Of a stretch of 64,000 nucleotides of DNA, positions 48,535 through 62,625 are shown one piece after another. The stretch is from contig CP032507.1 in assembly GCA_008375315.1 (NCBI GenBank), positions 2,874,071 to 2,938,070 of the forward strand, read 5' to 3'. A program made the translations under genes and the position numbers. Each line of letters starts with the position of its first letter. Position 1 is the stretch's first letter. Origin of the DNA: Ectothiorhodospiraceae bacterium BW-2 (GTDB lineage: Bacteria > Pseudomonadota > Gammaproteobacteria > Thiohalomonadales > Thiohalomonadaceae). The notes under the pieces were generated by a model. It saw nothing but the letters and a program-made list of their open reading frames with translations, was not told the DNA's origin and searched no databases.

Positions 48535-49382
48535 TAGCAAACCTCCGCGATGGCTGACTCAAGCAGTTCGATAAAGTCGGCCTCATCTCGCACCTGGCCG
48601 ACCTGCTCTGAGGTAACGGTGTAGCCGTGTGGTGCGGCAATCGCTTCATACTTAGGGATACGGGAGTGGAATAGGCGCGGAAATATCCAGCGGGTAAACT
48701 CATCGGGATCCATTTCGGCGGCAAACTGTAACTGCTGCTGCTCTAAATAGCTCGCTAGCTGCTGCTGCAGAAAGTCGGGGTTATAGTAGAGCGGTTTAGG
48801 ATCGCTTTGGGCTCTTTCGATCAATTTTTGCGCCTCCGCCTCATTAGTCACCTCAATATAGAGGATGAGGGTATGATCAATCAGCGTCTTTAGCACCCGA
48901 TCGTCATCGAGCTCACACAGACTGCCGCCGACATCGTTGACAAAGTGTTGGTAGCCGTAAATCTCCTGCCCTTTGCGAATAAAATCGGGCACATCGAGCA
49001 TCGCATCCACCTCCGCTTGCCGATATCGAGCCTGATGCTCGATAAAGGTCTCTAGTTCCAGACCGCCGAGCTGTGGATTACCGGGTTTGCCAACATAGCT
49101 TAGCACCGGCCCTAAGTCGTGTACTTTGATATTGTTGCGAATCGAAATCCAGTCGCGGCGCAGCAGATCACACAAAAACGGCACCTGCATCGCCTGCCGC
49201 TTAATCATATCGATAATCGGCTCATCCAGATAGCGGGTACCGATACGGTAGTCGCCTGAGTAGTGGAACCAGTTGTGGCGGCGCAGCAGGGTCGAGAGGT
49301 GGGTCTTACCGACGCCCGACATACCGAGCAGGGTAATGCGCTTCTCTGGCCACTGTGTAAACTCTTGTGGGGTTAATTTCAT
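48534..49382 (-). CDS. P-loop NTPase of unknown function, co-operonic with metA
   Basis: Walker A LLGMSGVGKTHLSTLL. No other recognised family blocks. The track ORF starts at 49487. The internal ATG at 49380-49382 (MKLTPQEF...) is preferred because a purine-rich GAGAGAGAG RBS precedes it and it leaves a 123-nt divergent promoter region. Confidence 0.55.
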   Translation of the reverse strand: MKLTPQEFTQWPEKRITLLGMSGVGKTHLSTLLRRHNWFHYSGDYRIGTRYLDEPIIDMIKRQAMQVPFLCDLLRRDWISIRNNIKVHDLGPVLSYVGKPGNPQLGGLELETFIEHQARYRQAEVDAMLDVPDFIRKGQEIYGYQHFVNDVGGSLCELDDDRVLKTLIDHTLILYIEVTNEAEAQKLIERAQSDPKPLYYNPDFLQQQLASYLEQQQLQFAAEMDPDEFTRWIFPRLFHSRIPKYEAIAAPHGYTVTSEQVGQVRDEADFIELLESAIAEVC

Positions 49383-49505
49383 CTCTCTCTCACAGTCGGT
49401 CAAGTGTGTAGGGAGATAGTGTAGCGTTAACCCTGCTCGCTTGCATCCCTGAATTGAGGTAAGATCTGCCACAATGTTTTTAGCCACTAACCCAAAGATA
49501 GTGAA

Positions 49506-50210
49506 TTGAGTATGAGCCAGAAAAAAAATAGCCCCTTCCTTGAGCTGCTAATCACGATTGTGATTCCGTCGATCATCCTAATGAAGCTAAGTGGTGAGGA
49601 GGCGTTAGGGCCGGTATGGGCACTCATTGTGGCGCTATCGCTGCCGTTAGGGTGGGGGGGGTATGATCTGCTACGACACCGTCAATTTAACTTTTTTGCT
49701 ATCTTAGGGCTCATTAGCGTGCTGTTGACCGGGGGGATCGGGCTGTTAAAGCTCGATAATGAGTGGCTGGCGGTTAAAGAGGCGGCGATTCCGGGCCTGA
49801 TCGGCCTATTTGTGATCGCCTCTACCTTTACCCGCTACTCTGTGATTCGGCTGCTACTATTTAATCCGCAGCTCATTAATCTCCCCTTAGTGATGCAGCG
49901 GCTGGAGCAGCGCGGCAATCGAGAGCTATTTGAGCGGCGGTTAACGCGCTCGACTTGGTTTTTGGGGGGGACCTTTTTCTTCTCATCGGTAATGAACTAT
50001 TTCTTAGCCACTTGGATTGTGACCAGCCCCTCAGGGAGCGAGGCCTTTAATGAGGAGTTAGGGCGGCTTACTCTGCTAAGTTATCCGATGATCGCGCTCC
50101 CCTCGATGGTGATGATGTTTATTATCCTCTGGTATATCGGCCGCTCGGTACGGCAGTTAGCCGGACTGAGTTTTACGCAGATGCTAAACGAGGAGCTGCA
50201 GGGAGAGTGA
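49506..50210 (+). CDS. Polytopic inner-membrane protein of unknown function
   Basis: 234 aa with 5-6 predicted TM helices. No motif recognised. Divergent from the P-loop/metA operon. Confidence 0.6.
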   Translation: MSMSQKKNSPFLELLITIVIPSIILMKLSGEEALGPVWALIVALSLPLGWGGYDLLRHRQFNFFAILGLISVLLTGGIGLLKLDNEWLAVKEAAIPGLIGLFVIASTFTRYSVIRLLLFNPQLINLPLVMQRLEQRGNRELFERRLTRSTWFLGGTFFFSSVMNYFLATWIVTSPSGSEAFNEELGRLTLLSYPMIALPSMVMMFIILWYIGRSVRQLAGLSFTQMLNEELQGE

Positions 50211-50229
50211 ACGGTTACAGGACAGGCTG

Positions 50230-52217
<1,988 letters not shown>

Positions 52218-52243
52218 TTAATTGCTCTCATTTCATTCTAAGG

Positions 52244-52594
52244 TTAACTTGCCTCAAAGGCGTGCTGTATCCAGTTAAGATCACCCCCATCAATCGCGAT
52301 GACATCAAAGCGACACGGCCGATTCATGGGGTGGTATTGTAGCCAAAACTTTGCGGCTCGAATCAACTTTTGCTGTTTGTTGCGGGTAACGGTGGCAGCG
52401 CTGGTGCCGTGTGAGAGGGTATGTCGGTAGCGCACTTCAATAAACAGTAGCTGTTCACCTAGCTCCATAATGAGATCAATTTCGCCGACTTTGCAGCGAA
52501 AGTTGCGTTGTAGTAGCCGACACCCCTGCTGCTGTAGGTAGGTCAGCGCCTGCTGTTCATAGTGGTCTCCCCGCTGTTGTGGTGCCGATCTCAA
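52244..52594 (-). CDS. yraN: UPF0102 endonuclease-like protein YraN
   Basis: 116 aa. Conserved YraN core (GEIDLIM...LLFIEVRYR...AAT). Confidence 0.85.
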   Translation of the reverse strand: MRSAPQQRGDHYEQQALTYLQQQGCRLLQRNFRCKVGEIDLIMELGEQLLFIEVRYRHTLSHGTSAATVTRNKQQKLIRAAKFWLQYHPMNRPCRFDVIAIDGGDLNWIQHAFEAS

Positions 52595-54402
52595 AACATC
52601 GCTCCATACTCATCTAGGCTACTTTCGGTTTCCGGTTCGGCGACCGCACTGCCATCGATAAAGGTAGCCCAGCGACTTTGACGCACGATTTTACCCTCCT
52701 CTGAGAGTCGCAGACGACCGGTGAGGCCGTTGTAGTGGTGGCGACGATTCTCACTCAGATAGGGGAGCTGTGGCAGCAGGCCATAGGCATCGGCTCCCAT
52801 CGCGGCGAGTCGCCCTAACTGACCGCTATAGTGGCGCTTTAATAGCTGATAGATAGGCTCTTGTTGGATGTCAGGATCGATATTCCACGGCATATCTTCA
52901 AACAGAATGCCGTTGAGATCGCTATCTGCTTTAGGTTCACTCCGGCCAGCATAGATGTGGTTCGTCGCTAATAGTGGGATGGTATCGGCACGGTGAAACT
53001 TAAGTAGCGGCCAAATGAGCCGCCCCTCATCGGGCAGAGCGGTCAGGAAGATAACATCGATATCGTGTCGCAACCACGGCTCAAACTCTATTTGCAGGTT
53101 ATAGCCGATAATGGCGCGGAAGATATCGAGCCGTTTATAGCTCTCATCAATACCTAACAGCGCCTTAATCGCGTCGCCATGGTTTTGACTATCGGGATCA
53201 AAGCGCTGCTCAGTGACGATCGTACCACCTAAGCGCTGCCACTCCTGTTGCAGTTCGGTGGCCATGCGATCCCCTAAGCTACTCTTTGGCAGTAGCAGCG
53301 CGGCACGGGTATGGCCATCAAACCAGGCGCGGCGGACTAGATTATCGGCCTCATCCTCCGGTAGTAGCGAGAACTGGTAGGTGTGTGGCGGTAGTTCTCG
53401 CTCAGTTGAGGCGTGGTTGAGTAGTAGCTGTGGCCGCTTACCCCCCTCGTCAGAGAGCTCGACAATGGCGTTAACCACCTCCCGATTCAGTGGTCCGATA
53501 ATCGCCTCGGCACCGTTGTCGATGGCTTTGAAATAGGCATCGACACCTAGGTTGGGATCGCCGCCTGTATCGTAAAAGCGTATGGTGGCTGAGTTCGGCT
53601 CCTGCGGTTGCAGATAACGAAACAGAATCCCCTCACGAATGGCATTAGCCGCTTGGCTAAATCGGCCACTAAAGGGGAGGAGGACGGCGATATGGTTGAC
53701 CGAGAGCGCGAGCTGCTGTTCGGTTGTGGTGAAAGTCTCAAGTAGCCTATCGGTTAGGGGGTGGTCGCGATAGTCGGCTCGCCACTGCTGTAGGGCGGTT
53801 GCTAGCTTTTGGGGTTGGTGACGCAGATCTTGATATATCTTTTGCAGCGCTAACCACCCCTGTAGGGTGGGTTCATGGTCGATAAGATAGTCGAGGGTAT
53901 CTAGCTCCTCACGCATTAGCTCAGAGAGGTAGCCCCATAGCTGCCGCTGGTTAGCCTCAATCTCCTCTGGCAGGGTGAGATAGCGCTCGCGTTGAATGAG
54001 CTCTCGGGCCGCTTCGAGGGGATCAAACTGTCGCTTAAATAGCTCGCTACGAAGTTGATGGTAGGCCTGTCGTTCGGCGGCGGCGGTGGTAGGAGGCAGA
54101 GAGGCGGGATTGAGTTGCGATAAAATCTGCTCCGCCTCCTCCAGACTCTGTCGAGCCATCGCCTCGGCGGCGCGATCGAGCTGCTGCTGAAACGGCGTCG
54201 CACTACGATCTGCATCGGTAGCTGAGGCCGTTTGGGGGCGGTTAGAGGGGGTGTCGTAGGGGAGGGGATCGGGGCTAATCACCCGCTCGCCACTGGAACT
54301 GATACCGAGCGCTGGATTGGAGGAGGGCCGCTCAACTCGGTTGCCGCAGCCGAATATCAGTAGGGTAGCGATGAGAGTGACAGAGATAAAAAATTGCTGC
54401 AT
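52591..54402 (-). CDS. lpoA: Penicillin-binding protein activator LpoA (outer-membrane lipoprotein)
   Basis: Lipoprotein signal with lipobox LLIFGC. N-terminal TPR-like helical domain. C-terminal periplasmic-binding-protein-like domain (IAVLLPFSGRFSQAANAIREG...RFYDTGGD). Divergent from rsmI, as yraM is in E. coli. Confidence 0.85.
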   Translation of the reverse strand: MQQFFISVTLIATLLIFGCGNRVERPSSNPALGISSSGERVISPDPLPYDTPSNRPQTASATDADRSATPFQQQLDRAAEAMARQSLEEAEQILSQLNPASLPPTTAAAERQAYHQLRSELFKRQFDPLEAARELIQRERYLTLPEEIEANQRQLWGYLSELMREELDTLDYLIDHEPTLQGWLALQKIYQDLRHQPQKLATALQQWRADYRDHPLTDRLLETFTTTEQQLALSVNHIAVLLPFSGRFSQAANAIREGILFRYLQPQEPNSATIRFYDTGGDPNLGVDAYFKAIDNGAEAIIGPLNREVVNAIVELSDEGGKRPQLLLNHASTERELPPHTYQFSLLPEDEADNLVRRAWFDGHTRAALLLPKSSLGDRMATELQQEWQRLGGTIVTEQRFDPDSQNHGDAIKALLGIDESYKRLDIFRAIIGYNLQIEFEPWLRHDIDVIFLTALPDEGRLIWPLLKFHRADTIPLLATNHIYAGRSEPKADSDLNGILFEDMPWNIDPDIQQEPIYQLLKRHYSGQLGRLAAMGADAYGLLPQLPYLSENRRHHYNGLTGRLRLSEEGKIVRQSRWATFIDGSAVAEPETESSLDEYGAMF

Positions 54403-54462
54403 GAGGTGTAAATAGAGCTCCAGCTTGGCACAATGGGAGGCTCCATAGTATCGGCATGAGGA

Positions 54463-55335
54463 GTGAGCGTGTCAAACAGCAGTGTTAAGGTCGATGCGGC
54501 AACGGTCTATATTGTCGCCACCCCCATCGGTAATTTGGGTGATATTACCCTGCGGGCGCTAGAGGTGTTGCGGCAGGTCGATTGTATCGCCGCTGAAGAT
54601 ACCCGCCATAGCCTGCGACTGCTGCACCACTACGCTATTAACCGCCCGCTGCTAGCGCTGCACCAACACAACGAAAACAGTGCCGCGGCACAGCTACTTA
54701 AACGGCTCTTAGCCGGTGAGTCGGTGGCACTGATTAGTGATGCCGGTACCCCACTGATTAGTGACCCGGGGGTTCGGCTATTGCAGCAGCTACACCAGCA
54801 CCGGCTAAAGGTGGTGCCGATCCCCGGCCCCTCGGCACTGACCACAGCGCTCTCAGTCGCCGCTATCGACACGACCCACTTCTGCTTTTACGGTTTTTTG
54901 GCGGCTAAAGCGGGGCAGCGCCGACAGCAGCTACAGCAACTGGCCGATAGGGAGGAGGCGCTGGTGTTCTACGAGTCGCCCCATCGTATTCTCGATAGCC
55001 TCACCGACATGGCCGACATTTTCGGCGCTAGCCGACTAGCCGTCGTGGCACGAGAGCTGACGAAACGGTATGAGACGGTACTGCACGGCTCACTCGAACA
55101 GCTACAGCAGCAGCTACGGCTCGATAGTGAGCAGCAGCGGGGAGAGTTTGTGATTCTCATTGCCGCCGCCGATAAGGTGGCCCAGAGTGAGGTGTTTACC
55201 CCACAGGAGTTGCAGCTAATGCAACTCCTCTTGGCGGAAAAAGTAGCGTTAAAACAGGCGGCAAGAGTTATGTCAGGCCATAGCGGCAAGAGTAAAAATC
55301 TCTGCTATCAACGGCTGTTAGCGCTGCAACAGTGA
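54463..55335 (+). CDS. rsmI: 16S rRNA (cytidine1402-2'-O)-methyltransferase RsmI
   Basis: TP-methylase fold N-terminus (VYIVATPIGNLGDITLRALEVL) with DCIAAEDTRHS. GTG start. Confidence 0.9.
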   Translation: MSVSNSSVKVDAATVYIVATPIGNLGDITLRALEVLRQVDCIAAEDTRHSLRLLHHYAINRPLLALHQHNENSAAAQLLKRLLAGESVALISDAGTPLISDPGVRLLQQLHQHRLKVVPIPGPSALTTALSVAAIDTTHFCFYGFLAAKAGQRRQQLQQLADREEALVFYESPHRILDSLTDMADIFGASRLAVVARELTKRYETVLHGSLEQLQQQLRLDSEQQRGEFVILIAAADKVAQSEVFTPQELQLMQLLLAEKVALKQAARVMSGHSGKSKNLCYQRLLALQQ

Positions 55336-55494
55336 GTTGCGTGCCTGCCGAATACCACAGTGCGAGGATTAAATTTTAGTGAAAGCGGTTGTTTTCACCC
55401 CCGTTTTCGGAGAGAATCTAGCGCCCATTGAGGCACAGCATGGATGGCGTGTCCACCTGGAACATTAAATTTCGGTTTTTTTAGGGATTTAGTG

Positions 55495-55525
55495 CTGTTA
55501 CTGTCAGGTGTGGTAACAGTTTTTC
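55495..55525 (+). promoter_or_regulatory. Hairpin plus U-tract in the leader 25 nt upstream of the tkt start (candidate attenuator or upstream terminator)
   Basis: 7-bp stem CTGTTAC/GTAACAG with an 11-nt loop, followed by TTTTT at 55520-55524. A second T7 run lies at 55475-55481. It sits inside the 215-nt rsmI-tkt spacer, just before the GAGGAGAG RBS of tkt. Confidence 0.4.
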
Positions 55526-55550
55526 AATTTTCTGTTTTTGAGGAGAGACT

Positions 55551-57554
55551 ATGCCAAGTCGTAGAGATTTAGCCAATGCGATTCGTGCCCTAAGTATGGA
55601 TGCGGTGCAAAAGGCCAACTCGGGTCACCCCGGAGCCCCTATGGGAATGGCCGACATCGCTGAGGTGTTGTGGAATGGCCACCTAAAACACAATCCCGCC
55701 AATCCTGACTGGGCTGATCGTGATCGATTTATCCTCTCCAACGGTCACGGCTCAATGTTAATCTACTCTCTGCTCCATCTGAGCGGTTACGATTTGAGCA
55801 TGGAGGATCTAAAAAACTTTCGTCAACTCCACTCCAAGACCCCAGGTCACCCTGAGTATGGCTACGCCCCAGGCGTTGAGACCACCACCGGCCCGTTAGG
55901 TCAAGGGATATCCAACGGCGTCGGTATGGCGCTAGCGGAGAAGATTCTGGCGGGTCAGTTTAACCAGCCGGGGCACTCAATTGTCGATCACTACACCTAT
56001 GTCTTCCTAGGTGACGGCTGTCTAATGGAGGGGATCTCCCACGAAACCTGCTCCTTTGCCGGCACCATGAAGCTCGGCAAGCTCATCGCCTTTTGGGACG
56101 ATAACGGCATCTCCATTGATGGCGACACCGAAGGGTGGTTTACCGATGATACCCCCGCACGGTTTGACGCCTATGGGTGGCAGGTGATTCGTGGTGTCGA
56201 TGGCCACGATGCCGCCGCCATCGACGCCGCGATTGCGGAGGCGAGGCGCGATAGCGACCGACCGACCCTCATCTGCTGTAAGACCACCATCGGGTTTGGT
56301 TCGCCGAACAAGGCCGGTAGCCATGACTGCCACGGAGCGCCTTTAGGTGCCGATGAGATTGCCCTAACCCGTCAAGCGCTAGGCTGGGCGCATGAGCCGT
56401 TTGTGATCCCCGATGAGATCTATGTCGGCTGGGATGCGAAAGCGACTGGCGCAGCGGTTGAGCAGAGCTGGCAGCAGCGGTTTGACGCCTATAGAGCGGC
56501 TCATCCAGAGTTGGCAGCTGAGTTTGAGCGCCGCATGGCCGGTGAGCTACCCGCTGATTGGGACGAGAGAGCGAACGCCTTTATCCAGAGCGTGGCTGAG
56601 AAGGCAGAGAAGATGGCCACCCGTCAACACTCAAAAGCGTCCCTAGATGGCTTTGCGCCGCTACTGCCCGAATTGGTTGGCGGATCAGCCGATCTAACCC
56701 CCTCTAATAACACCTTCAATAGCTGCTCTAACTACATTAACGCCGACCACGGCAAGCCGCAGAATTTTGGGGGTAACTACCTCTCCTACGGTGTGCGTGA
56801 GTTCGGTATGTCAGCGATAATGAACGGCATGGCGCTACATGGGGGCGTGCGTCCTTATGGGGCGACCTTCCTGATGTTCTCTGAGTATGCGCGTAACGCA
56901 CTGCGGATGGCGGCACTGATGAAGATTAACCCCATCTTCGTCTATACCCACGACTCTATCGGTCTGGGCGAAGATGGGCCGACCCACCAGCCGATTGAGC
57001 AGATCCCAACGCTGCGAATGATTCCCAACATGTCCAACTGGCGCCCCTGTGATGGGACTGAGACAGCGGTTGCTTGGAGAGCGGCAATTGAGCGCAAAGA
57101 TGGCCCAAGCTGCCTCATCTTCACCCGTCAGGCTCTCACCCCGATGGCTCGCTCCGCAGCGCAGATCGCCAATATTGCCCGTGGTGGCTATGTCCTGCGC
57201 GACTGTGATGGCGCTCCCGAGGCGATTATTATCGCTACCGGTTCAGAGGTAGAGATCGCCATGCAGGCGGCCGAGTCACTGAGTGGTCACAACATTCGTG
57301 TCGTCTCCATGCCCTCGACCGATCTCTTTGACGCCCAGGATGCCGACTACAGAGAGTCGGTACTCCCCTCATCCTGTACCGCTCGGGTGGCGGTAGAGGC
57401 GGCTGTTACCGATGGTTGGTACAAATATGTCGGCTTAAACGGTAAGGTGGTCGGCATTAACCGTTTTGGTGAGTCGGCTCCGGCGGGGCTACTATTTAAA
57501 GAGTTTGGTTTTACCGCTGAGAGTGTTGCCGAAGCGGTTAAGAGTATTCTATAA
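55551..57554 (+). CDS. tkt: Transketolase
   Basis: TPP-binding N-terminus ([29 protein letters not shown]). Pyrimidine-binding and C-terminal domains. 667 aa. Confidence 0.95.
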   Translation: MPSRRDLANAIRALSMDAVQKANSGHPGAPMGMADIAEVLWNGHLKHNPANPDWADRDRFILSNGHGSMLIYSLLHLSGYDLSMEDLKNFRQLHSKTPGHPEYGYAPGVETTTGPLGQGISNGVGMALAEKILAGQFNQPGHSIVDHYTYVFLGDGCLMEGISHETCSFAGTMKLGKLIAFWDDNGISIDGDTEGWFTDDTPARFDAYGWQVIRGVDGHDAAAIDAAIAEARRDSDRPTLICCKTTIGFGSPNKAGSHDCHGAPLGADEIALTRQALGWAHEPFVIPDEIYVGWDAKATGAAVEQSWQQRFDAYRAAHPELAAEFERRMAGELPADWDERANAFIQSVAEKAEKMATRQHSKASLDGFAPLLPELVGGSADLTPSNNTFNSCSNYINADHGKPQNFGGNYLSYGVREFGMSAIMNGMALHGGVRPYGATFLMFSEYARNALRMAALMKINPIFVYTHDSIGLGEDGPTHQPIEQIPTLRMIPNMSNWRPCDGTETAVAWRAAIERKDGPSCLIFTRQALTPMARSAAQIANIARGGYVLRDCDGAPEAIIIATGSEVEIAMQAAESLSGHNIRVVSMPSTDLFDAQDADYRESVLPSSCTARVAVEAAVTDGWYKYVGLNGKVVGINRFGESAPAGLLFKEFGFTAESVAEAVKSIL

Positions 57555-57622
57555 CGCTCATTCATCCCATTGTTTGTCCGCTGGCAGAGTGAGTTAACTC
57601 TGCCGCCCCTAGCCTTAACTAA

Positions 57623-58645
<1,023 letters not shown>

Positions 58646-58708
58646 TACTAAACGACTCTAGTTTGAACTCTCTACTCGGGGTAATTGACTCTCACCCCGA
58701 GGGAGAAT

Positions 58709-58753
58709 AATTTGCCAAATTCAAACAGTTGACTATTGGCAAATTGTTTTTTG
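58709..58753 (+). terminator. Intra-cluster hairpin plus U-tract between gap and pgk (candidate attenuating terminator)
   Basis: Perfect 10-bp stem AATTTGCCAA/TTGGCAAATT (58709-58718 and 58736-58745) with a 17-nt loop, followed by GTTTTTTG. A second hairpin CTCGGGGT/ACCCCGAG lies at 58675-58701. Confidence 0.5.
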
Positions 58754-58777
58754 TTTAATGTTTATTAGGAGCTCTCC

Positions 58778-59962
58778 ATGTCTTTCATCAAGCTGACTGA
58801 TCTCGACCTAGCTGGAAAACGGGTACTCATTCGTGCCGATCTGAATGTACCGGTCAAAGAGGGGAGGGTCACCTCCGATGCCCGCATTACCGCCTCCATG
58901 CCGACTATTGAGCACTGCGTTAAAGCGGGAGCTAAGGTGATGCTCTTCTCCCACCGCGGTCGTCCGGAAGAGGGCAAAGTGGATGAAGAGAACTCAATGC
59001 AGCCGATTGCCGCTGATCTCTCGGCCAAAATGGGCAAAGAGGTGCGGCTGATTAAAGCGTACCTTGAGGGCGATTTTGAGGTTGCCGAAGGGGAGGTAGT
59101 CCTGTTAGAGAATGTCCGCTTTAATAGCGGCGAGGGTAAAGATAACGAAGAGTTAGCGAAGCGATATGCCGCCCTGTGCGATATCTTCGTCATGGACGCC
59201 TTTGGTACTGCCCACCGCGCCCAAGCCTCGACCCACGGCGTCGGTAAGTTTGCCCCTGTCGCCTGTGCCGGTCTGCTACTAGCCGAAGAGCTAGATGCGC
59301 TAGCTAAAGCGCTAGCACAGCCGGCTCGCCCGATGGTCGCGATTGTCGGCGGCTCTAAAGTGTCAACCAAATTGACCGTCTTAGAGGCGCTGTCGGAGAA
59401 GGTGGATCAACTGGTCGTCGGTGGCGGTATCGCCAACACCTTTTTGGCCGCTAGCGGAAAAAATGTCGGTCAATCGCTCTGTGAGCACGATCTGATCCCG
59501 ACTGCTAAAGCACTCATTGAGAAGATGGAGGCACGGGGTGCCTCAATTCCTATCGCCGTCGATGTTGTCTGCGGTAAAGCGTTTAGTGAAGATGCCGAAG
59601 CGACCCTAAAAGAGGCGGATGAGGTGGCTGATGACGATATGATTTTCGACATCGGCCCCAAATCGGCGCAAGCACTAGCCGATATTATCGCCAAAGCGGG
59701 CACCATCGTCTGGAATGGCCCAGTTGGGGTGTTTGAGTTTGATCAATTTGGTGAGGGGACTCAAACCATCTCAATGGCGATTGCCAATGCTGACGGCTTT
59801 AGTCTTGCCGGCGGCGGTGACACCATTGCCGCGATTCAAAAGTATGGTATCTATGACAAAATCTCCTATATCTCTACCGCAGGCGGTGCCTTCCTAGAGT
59901 ACCTAGAGGGCAAAACGCTACCGGCAGTCGCCATGCTTGAGGAGTGTGCTAACAAGGGTTAG
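58778..59962 (+). CDS. pgk: Phosphoglycerate kinase
   Basis: Conserved Pgk N-terminus ([17 protein letters not shown]) and the glycine-rich nucleotide loop (GGGIANTF, in [15 protein letters not shown]). Confidence 0.95.
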   Translation: MSFIKLTDLDLAGKRVLIRADLNVPVKEGRVTSDARITASMPTIEHCVKAGAKVMLFSHRGRPEEGKVDEENSMQPIAADLSAKMGKEVRLIKAYLEGDFEVAEGEVVLLENVRFNSGEGKDNEELAKRYAALCDIFVMDAFGTAHRAQASTHGVGKFAPVACAGLLLAEELDALAKALAQPARPMVAIVGGSKVSTKLTVLEALSEKVDQLVVGGGIANTFLAASGKNVGQSLCEHDLIPTAKALIEKMEARGASIPIAVDVVCGKAFSEDAEATLKEADEVADDDMIFDIGPKSAQALADIIAKAGTIVWNGPVGVFEFDQFGEGTQTISMAIANADGFSLAGGGDTIAAIQKYGIYDKISYISTAGGAFLEYLEGKTLPAVAMLEECANKG

Positions 59963-59973
59963 GGAGAGAGCTT

Positions 59974-61419
59974 GTGCAGCGTCGTACCAAAATAATCGCC
60001 ACTCTCGGGCCGGCGACCGACGATCCTAAAGTGATGGATCGAATTATCGAAGCGGGGGTCGATTTGGTGCGAATCAACTTCTCTCATGGCTCCCCCGAAG
60101 AGCATCTACAGCGGGCGGAGAAGATTCGTAACCGCGCTCAGGCGCACGGACGACAGCTCGGTGTCCTAGCCGATCTACAAGGGCCTAAAATTCGTATTGA
60201 GGCGTTTGCTAATAGCGGCTCGATTGAGCTGACCGAGGGGGATCGCTTTACTCTCGACAGCCGTCACGACAAGGCGAATGGGGCGGTCGATAGGGTAGGC
60301 GTTAACTATCCCCCATTACCCGCCGATGTGGTTCGCGGTGATACGCTGCTGCTCGATGATGGTCGAGTCGTACTATGGGTCGATGGCGTTGATGAGTTCG
60401 AGATTAGCTGCCGTGTCGTCGTCGGCGGCCTACTTAAGAGCTACAAAGGGATCAATCGCTTAGGCGGTGGCCTCTCGGCGGCGGCGCTAACCGAAAAAGA
60501 TCGGGCCGATATTGCAGTTGCCGCAGAGATGAAGGCCGACTATGTCGCCGTCTCCTTTGCCCGTAGCGCCGATGATGTGATCGAAGCGCGGCAGTTACTG
60601 CTTGATGCTGGCGGCAAGAGTCGTATTGTCGCCAAAATAGAACGGGCCGAGGCGTTAGAGGTGATCGATGAGATTATTCGCGCCTCCGATGCCATTATGT
60701 TAGTGCGGGGGGAGTTAGGGGTTGAGGTCGGTGATGCGGCGCTGCCGCCGATTCAAAAACGGCTAATTCAGCGGGCGCGGCTGCTCAATCGGGTGGTGAT
60801 TACCGCCACTCAGATGATGGAGTCGATGCAACGCAACCCTCTGCCGACTCGGGCGGAGGTGTTTGATGTCGCTAATGCGGTGCTCGATGGCACCGATGCG
60901 GTGATGCTCTGTGCCGAAACCGCCGTCGGACTCTATCCTGATCGGGCGATTGAGGCGATGCACCGAGTCTGTCTGGAGGCTGAAAAGCAGCCCGAGGCGG
61001 TCACTGAGAGCCATCAGCAGCGGATTCATAGCGACTGCCACTATGTCGATGAGGCGATTGCGATGGCGACAATGTACACCGCTAACCACCTTAATGTGAA
61101 AGCGATTGCGGCTATGACCGAATCGGGATCGACCCCGTTATGGATGTCTCGGATTAGCTCCGGTATCCCCATCTACGCCCTGACTCGACGAGTCAGTACC
61201 CGTCGTCGCGTGAGCCTCTATCGCGGGGTCTATCCGGTCAGTTTTGATCCGACCACCTATAGCGACCATGCTGAAGTTAATCGTGAAATTATCGATGAGC
61301 TGCTGCGTCGCGGTGCGGTGCGTGACGGCGATTTAGTGATTATTACCAAAGGTGATCTAATGGGTGTCAATGGTGGCACCAATGCGATGAAAATTGTTAA
61401 AGTGGGGGAGTTAAGCTAG
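59974..61419 (+). CDS. pyk: Pyruvate kinase
   Basis: RTKIIATLGP N-terminus with a GTG start. Active-site blocks present (MLVRGELGVE, KRLIQRARLLNRVVITATQMMESM). Confidence 0.9.
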   Translation: MQRRTKIIATLGPATDDPKVMDRIIEAGVDLVRINFSHGSPEEHLQRAEKIRNRAQAHGRQLGVLADLQGPKIRIEAFANSGSIELTEGDRFTLDSRHDKANGAVDRVGVNYPPLPADVVRGDTLLLDDGRVVLWVDGVDEFEISCRVVVGGLLKSYKGINRLGGGLSAAALTEKDRADIAVAAEMKADYVAVSFARSADDVIEARQLLLDAGGKSRIVAKIERAEALEVIDEIIRASDAIMLVRGELGVEVGDAALPPIQKRLIQRARLLNRVVITATQMMESMQRNPLPTRAEVFDVANAVLDGTDAVMLCAETAVGLYPDRAIEAMHRVCLEAEKQPEAVTESHQQRIHSDCHYVDEAIAMATMYTANHLNVKAIAAMTESGSTPLWMSRISSGIPIYALTRRVSTRRRVSLYRGVYPVSFDPTTYSDHAEVNREIIDELLRRGAVRDGDLVIITKGDLMGVNGGTNAMKIVKVGELS

Positions 61420-61484
61420 CGGCTAGCGCCTCTTTTGGTTCAAATATCTGTTTTTAATCCAACCCTAAAATCGAAGGAGTTTAT

Positions 61485-62549
61485 ATGGCTCTCGTTTCAA
61501 TGCGTCAACTTCTCGACCATGCTGCTGAAAACGGTTATGGTCTGCCTGCCTTTAATGTGAATAACATGGAGCAGGTTCATGCGATTATGATGGCTGCCGA
61601 CGTGGTTGACAGCCCCGTTATTCTGCAAGGCTCCGCCGGTGCTCGCTCCTATGCGGGCGAGCCGTTTTTGCGCCACCTTATCTCGGCAGCAGTCGAGATG
61701 TATCCCCACATTCCGGTGGTGATGCATCAAGATCACGGCGCCTCCCCCGATGTCTGCCTGCGTTCGATTCAATCTGGCTTTTCGTCGGTGATGATGGATG
61801 GCTCACTCATGAGCGATGCGAAGACCCCCGCAACCTACGAATACAATGTGGAGGTAACTCGCAAGGTGGTTGAGATGGCCCATGCCGGCGGGGTGTCGGT
61901 TGAAGGGGAGCTCGGTTGCCTCGGTTCACTCGAAACAGGTGAGATGGGTGAAGAGGATGGGCACGGTGCTGAGGGTAAGCTCGATATGGATATGCTGCTG
62001 ACCGACCCCGAGCAGGCAGCCGACTTTGTCAAGCAGACCGGTGTCGATGCGCTGGCGATTGCGATTGGGACCTCTCACGGTGCCTATAAGTTCACCAAGG
62101 AGCCGACTGGTGAGATCCTGCGGATTGACCGAATTAAAGAGATCCACGCCCGTATCCCCGATACCCATCTGGTGATGCACGGCTCCTCTTCGGTTCCGCA
62201 AGATTGGCTACAGATTATTAACAGCTATGGCGGCGACATGGGGCAGACCTATGGCGTACCGGTAGAAGAGATTGTTGAAGGCATCAAAAGTGGTGTGCGT
62301 AAAGTCAATATCGATACCGACTTGAGAATGGCCTCAACCGGTTCGATTCGTCGCCACTTAGCCGAAAATAGCAGCAATTTCGACCCGCGTAAGTTCCTGA
62401 AAGAGGCGACCAAAGCGATGAGCGAAATCTGTAAAGCCCGCTACGAAGCCTTTGGTACGGCGGGGATGGCCTCCAAAATCAAGCCAGTCTCACTTGAGGT
62501 GATGTTTGGCAGATATGCCTCCGGTGAGCTGGATCCGAAAATTAACTAA
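61485..62549 (+). CDS. fba: Fructose-bisphosphate aldolase, class II
   Basis: Class II motifs ([39 protein letters not shown]). Confidence 0.95.
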   Translation: MALVSMRQLLDHAAENGYGLPAFNVNNMEQVHAIMMAADVVDSPVILQGSAGARSYAGEPFLRHLISAAVEMYPHIPVVMHQDHGASPDVCLRSIQSGFSSVMMDGSLMSDAKTPATYEYNVEVTRKVVEMAHAGGVSVEGELGCLGSLETGEMGEEDGHGAEGKLDMDMLLTDPEQAADFVKQTGVDALAIAIGTSHGAYKFTKEPTGEILRIDRIKEIHARIPDTHLVMHGSSSVPQDWLQIINSYGGDMGQTYGVPVEEIVEGIKSGVRKVNIDTDLRMASTGSIRRHLAENSSNFDPRKFLKEATKAMSEICKARYEAFGTAGMASKIKPVSLEVMFGRYASGELDPKIN

Positions 62550-62570
62550 ACTTAATTTTTAGTCCGCTTG

Positions 62571-62597
62571 AAAACGGCTCTTCGGAGCCGTTTTTTG
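62571..62597 (+). terminator. Rho-independent terminator after fba
   Basis: 9-bp stem AAACGGCTC/GAGCCGTTT with loop TTCG, followed by TTTTTT. Confidence 0.75.
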
Positions 62598-62625
62598 ATT
62601 GACTTCTCATCAAAGGGGGCTGTCC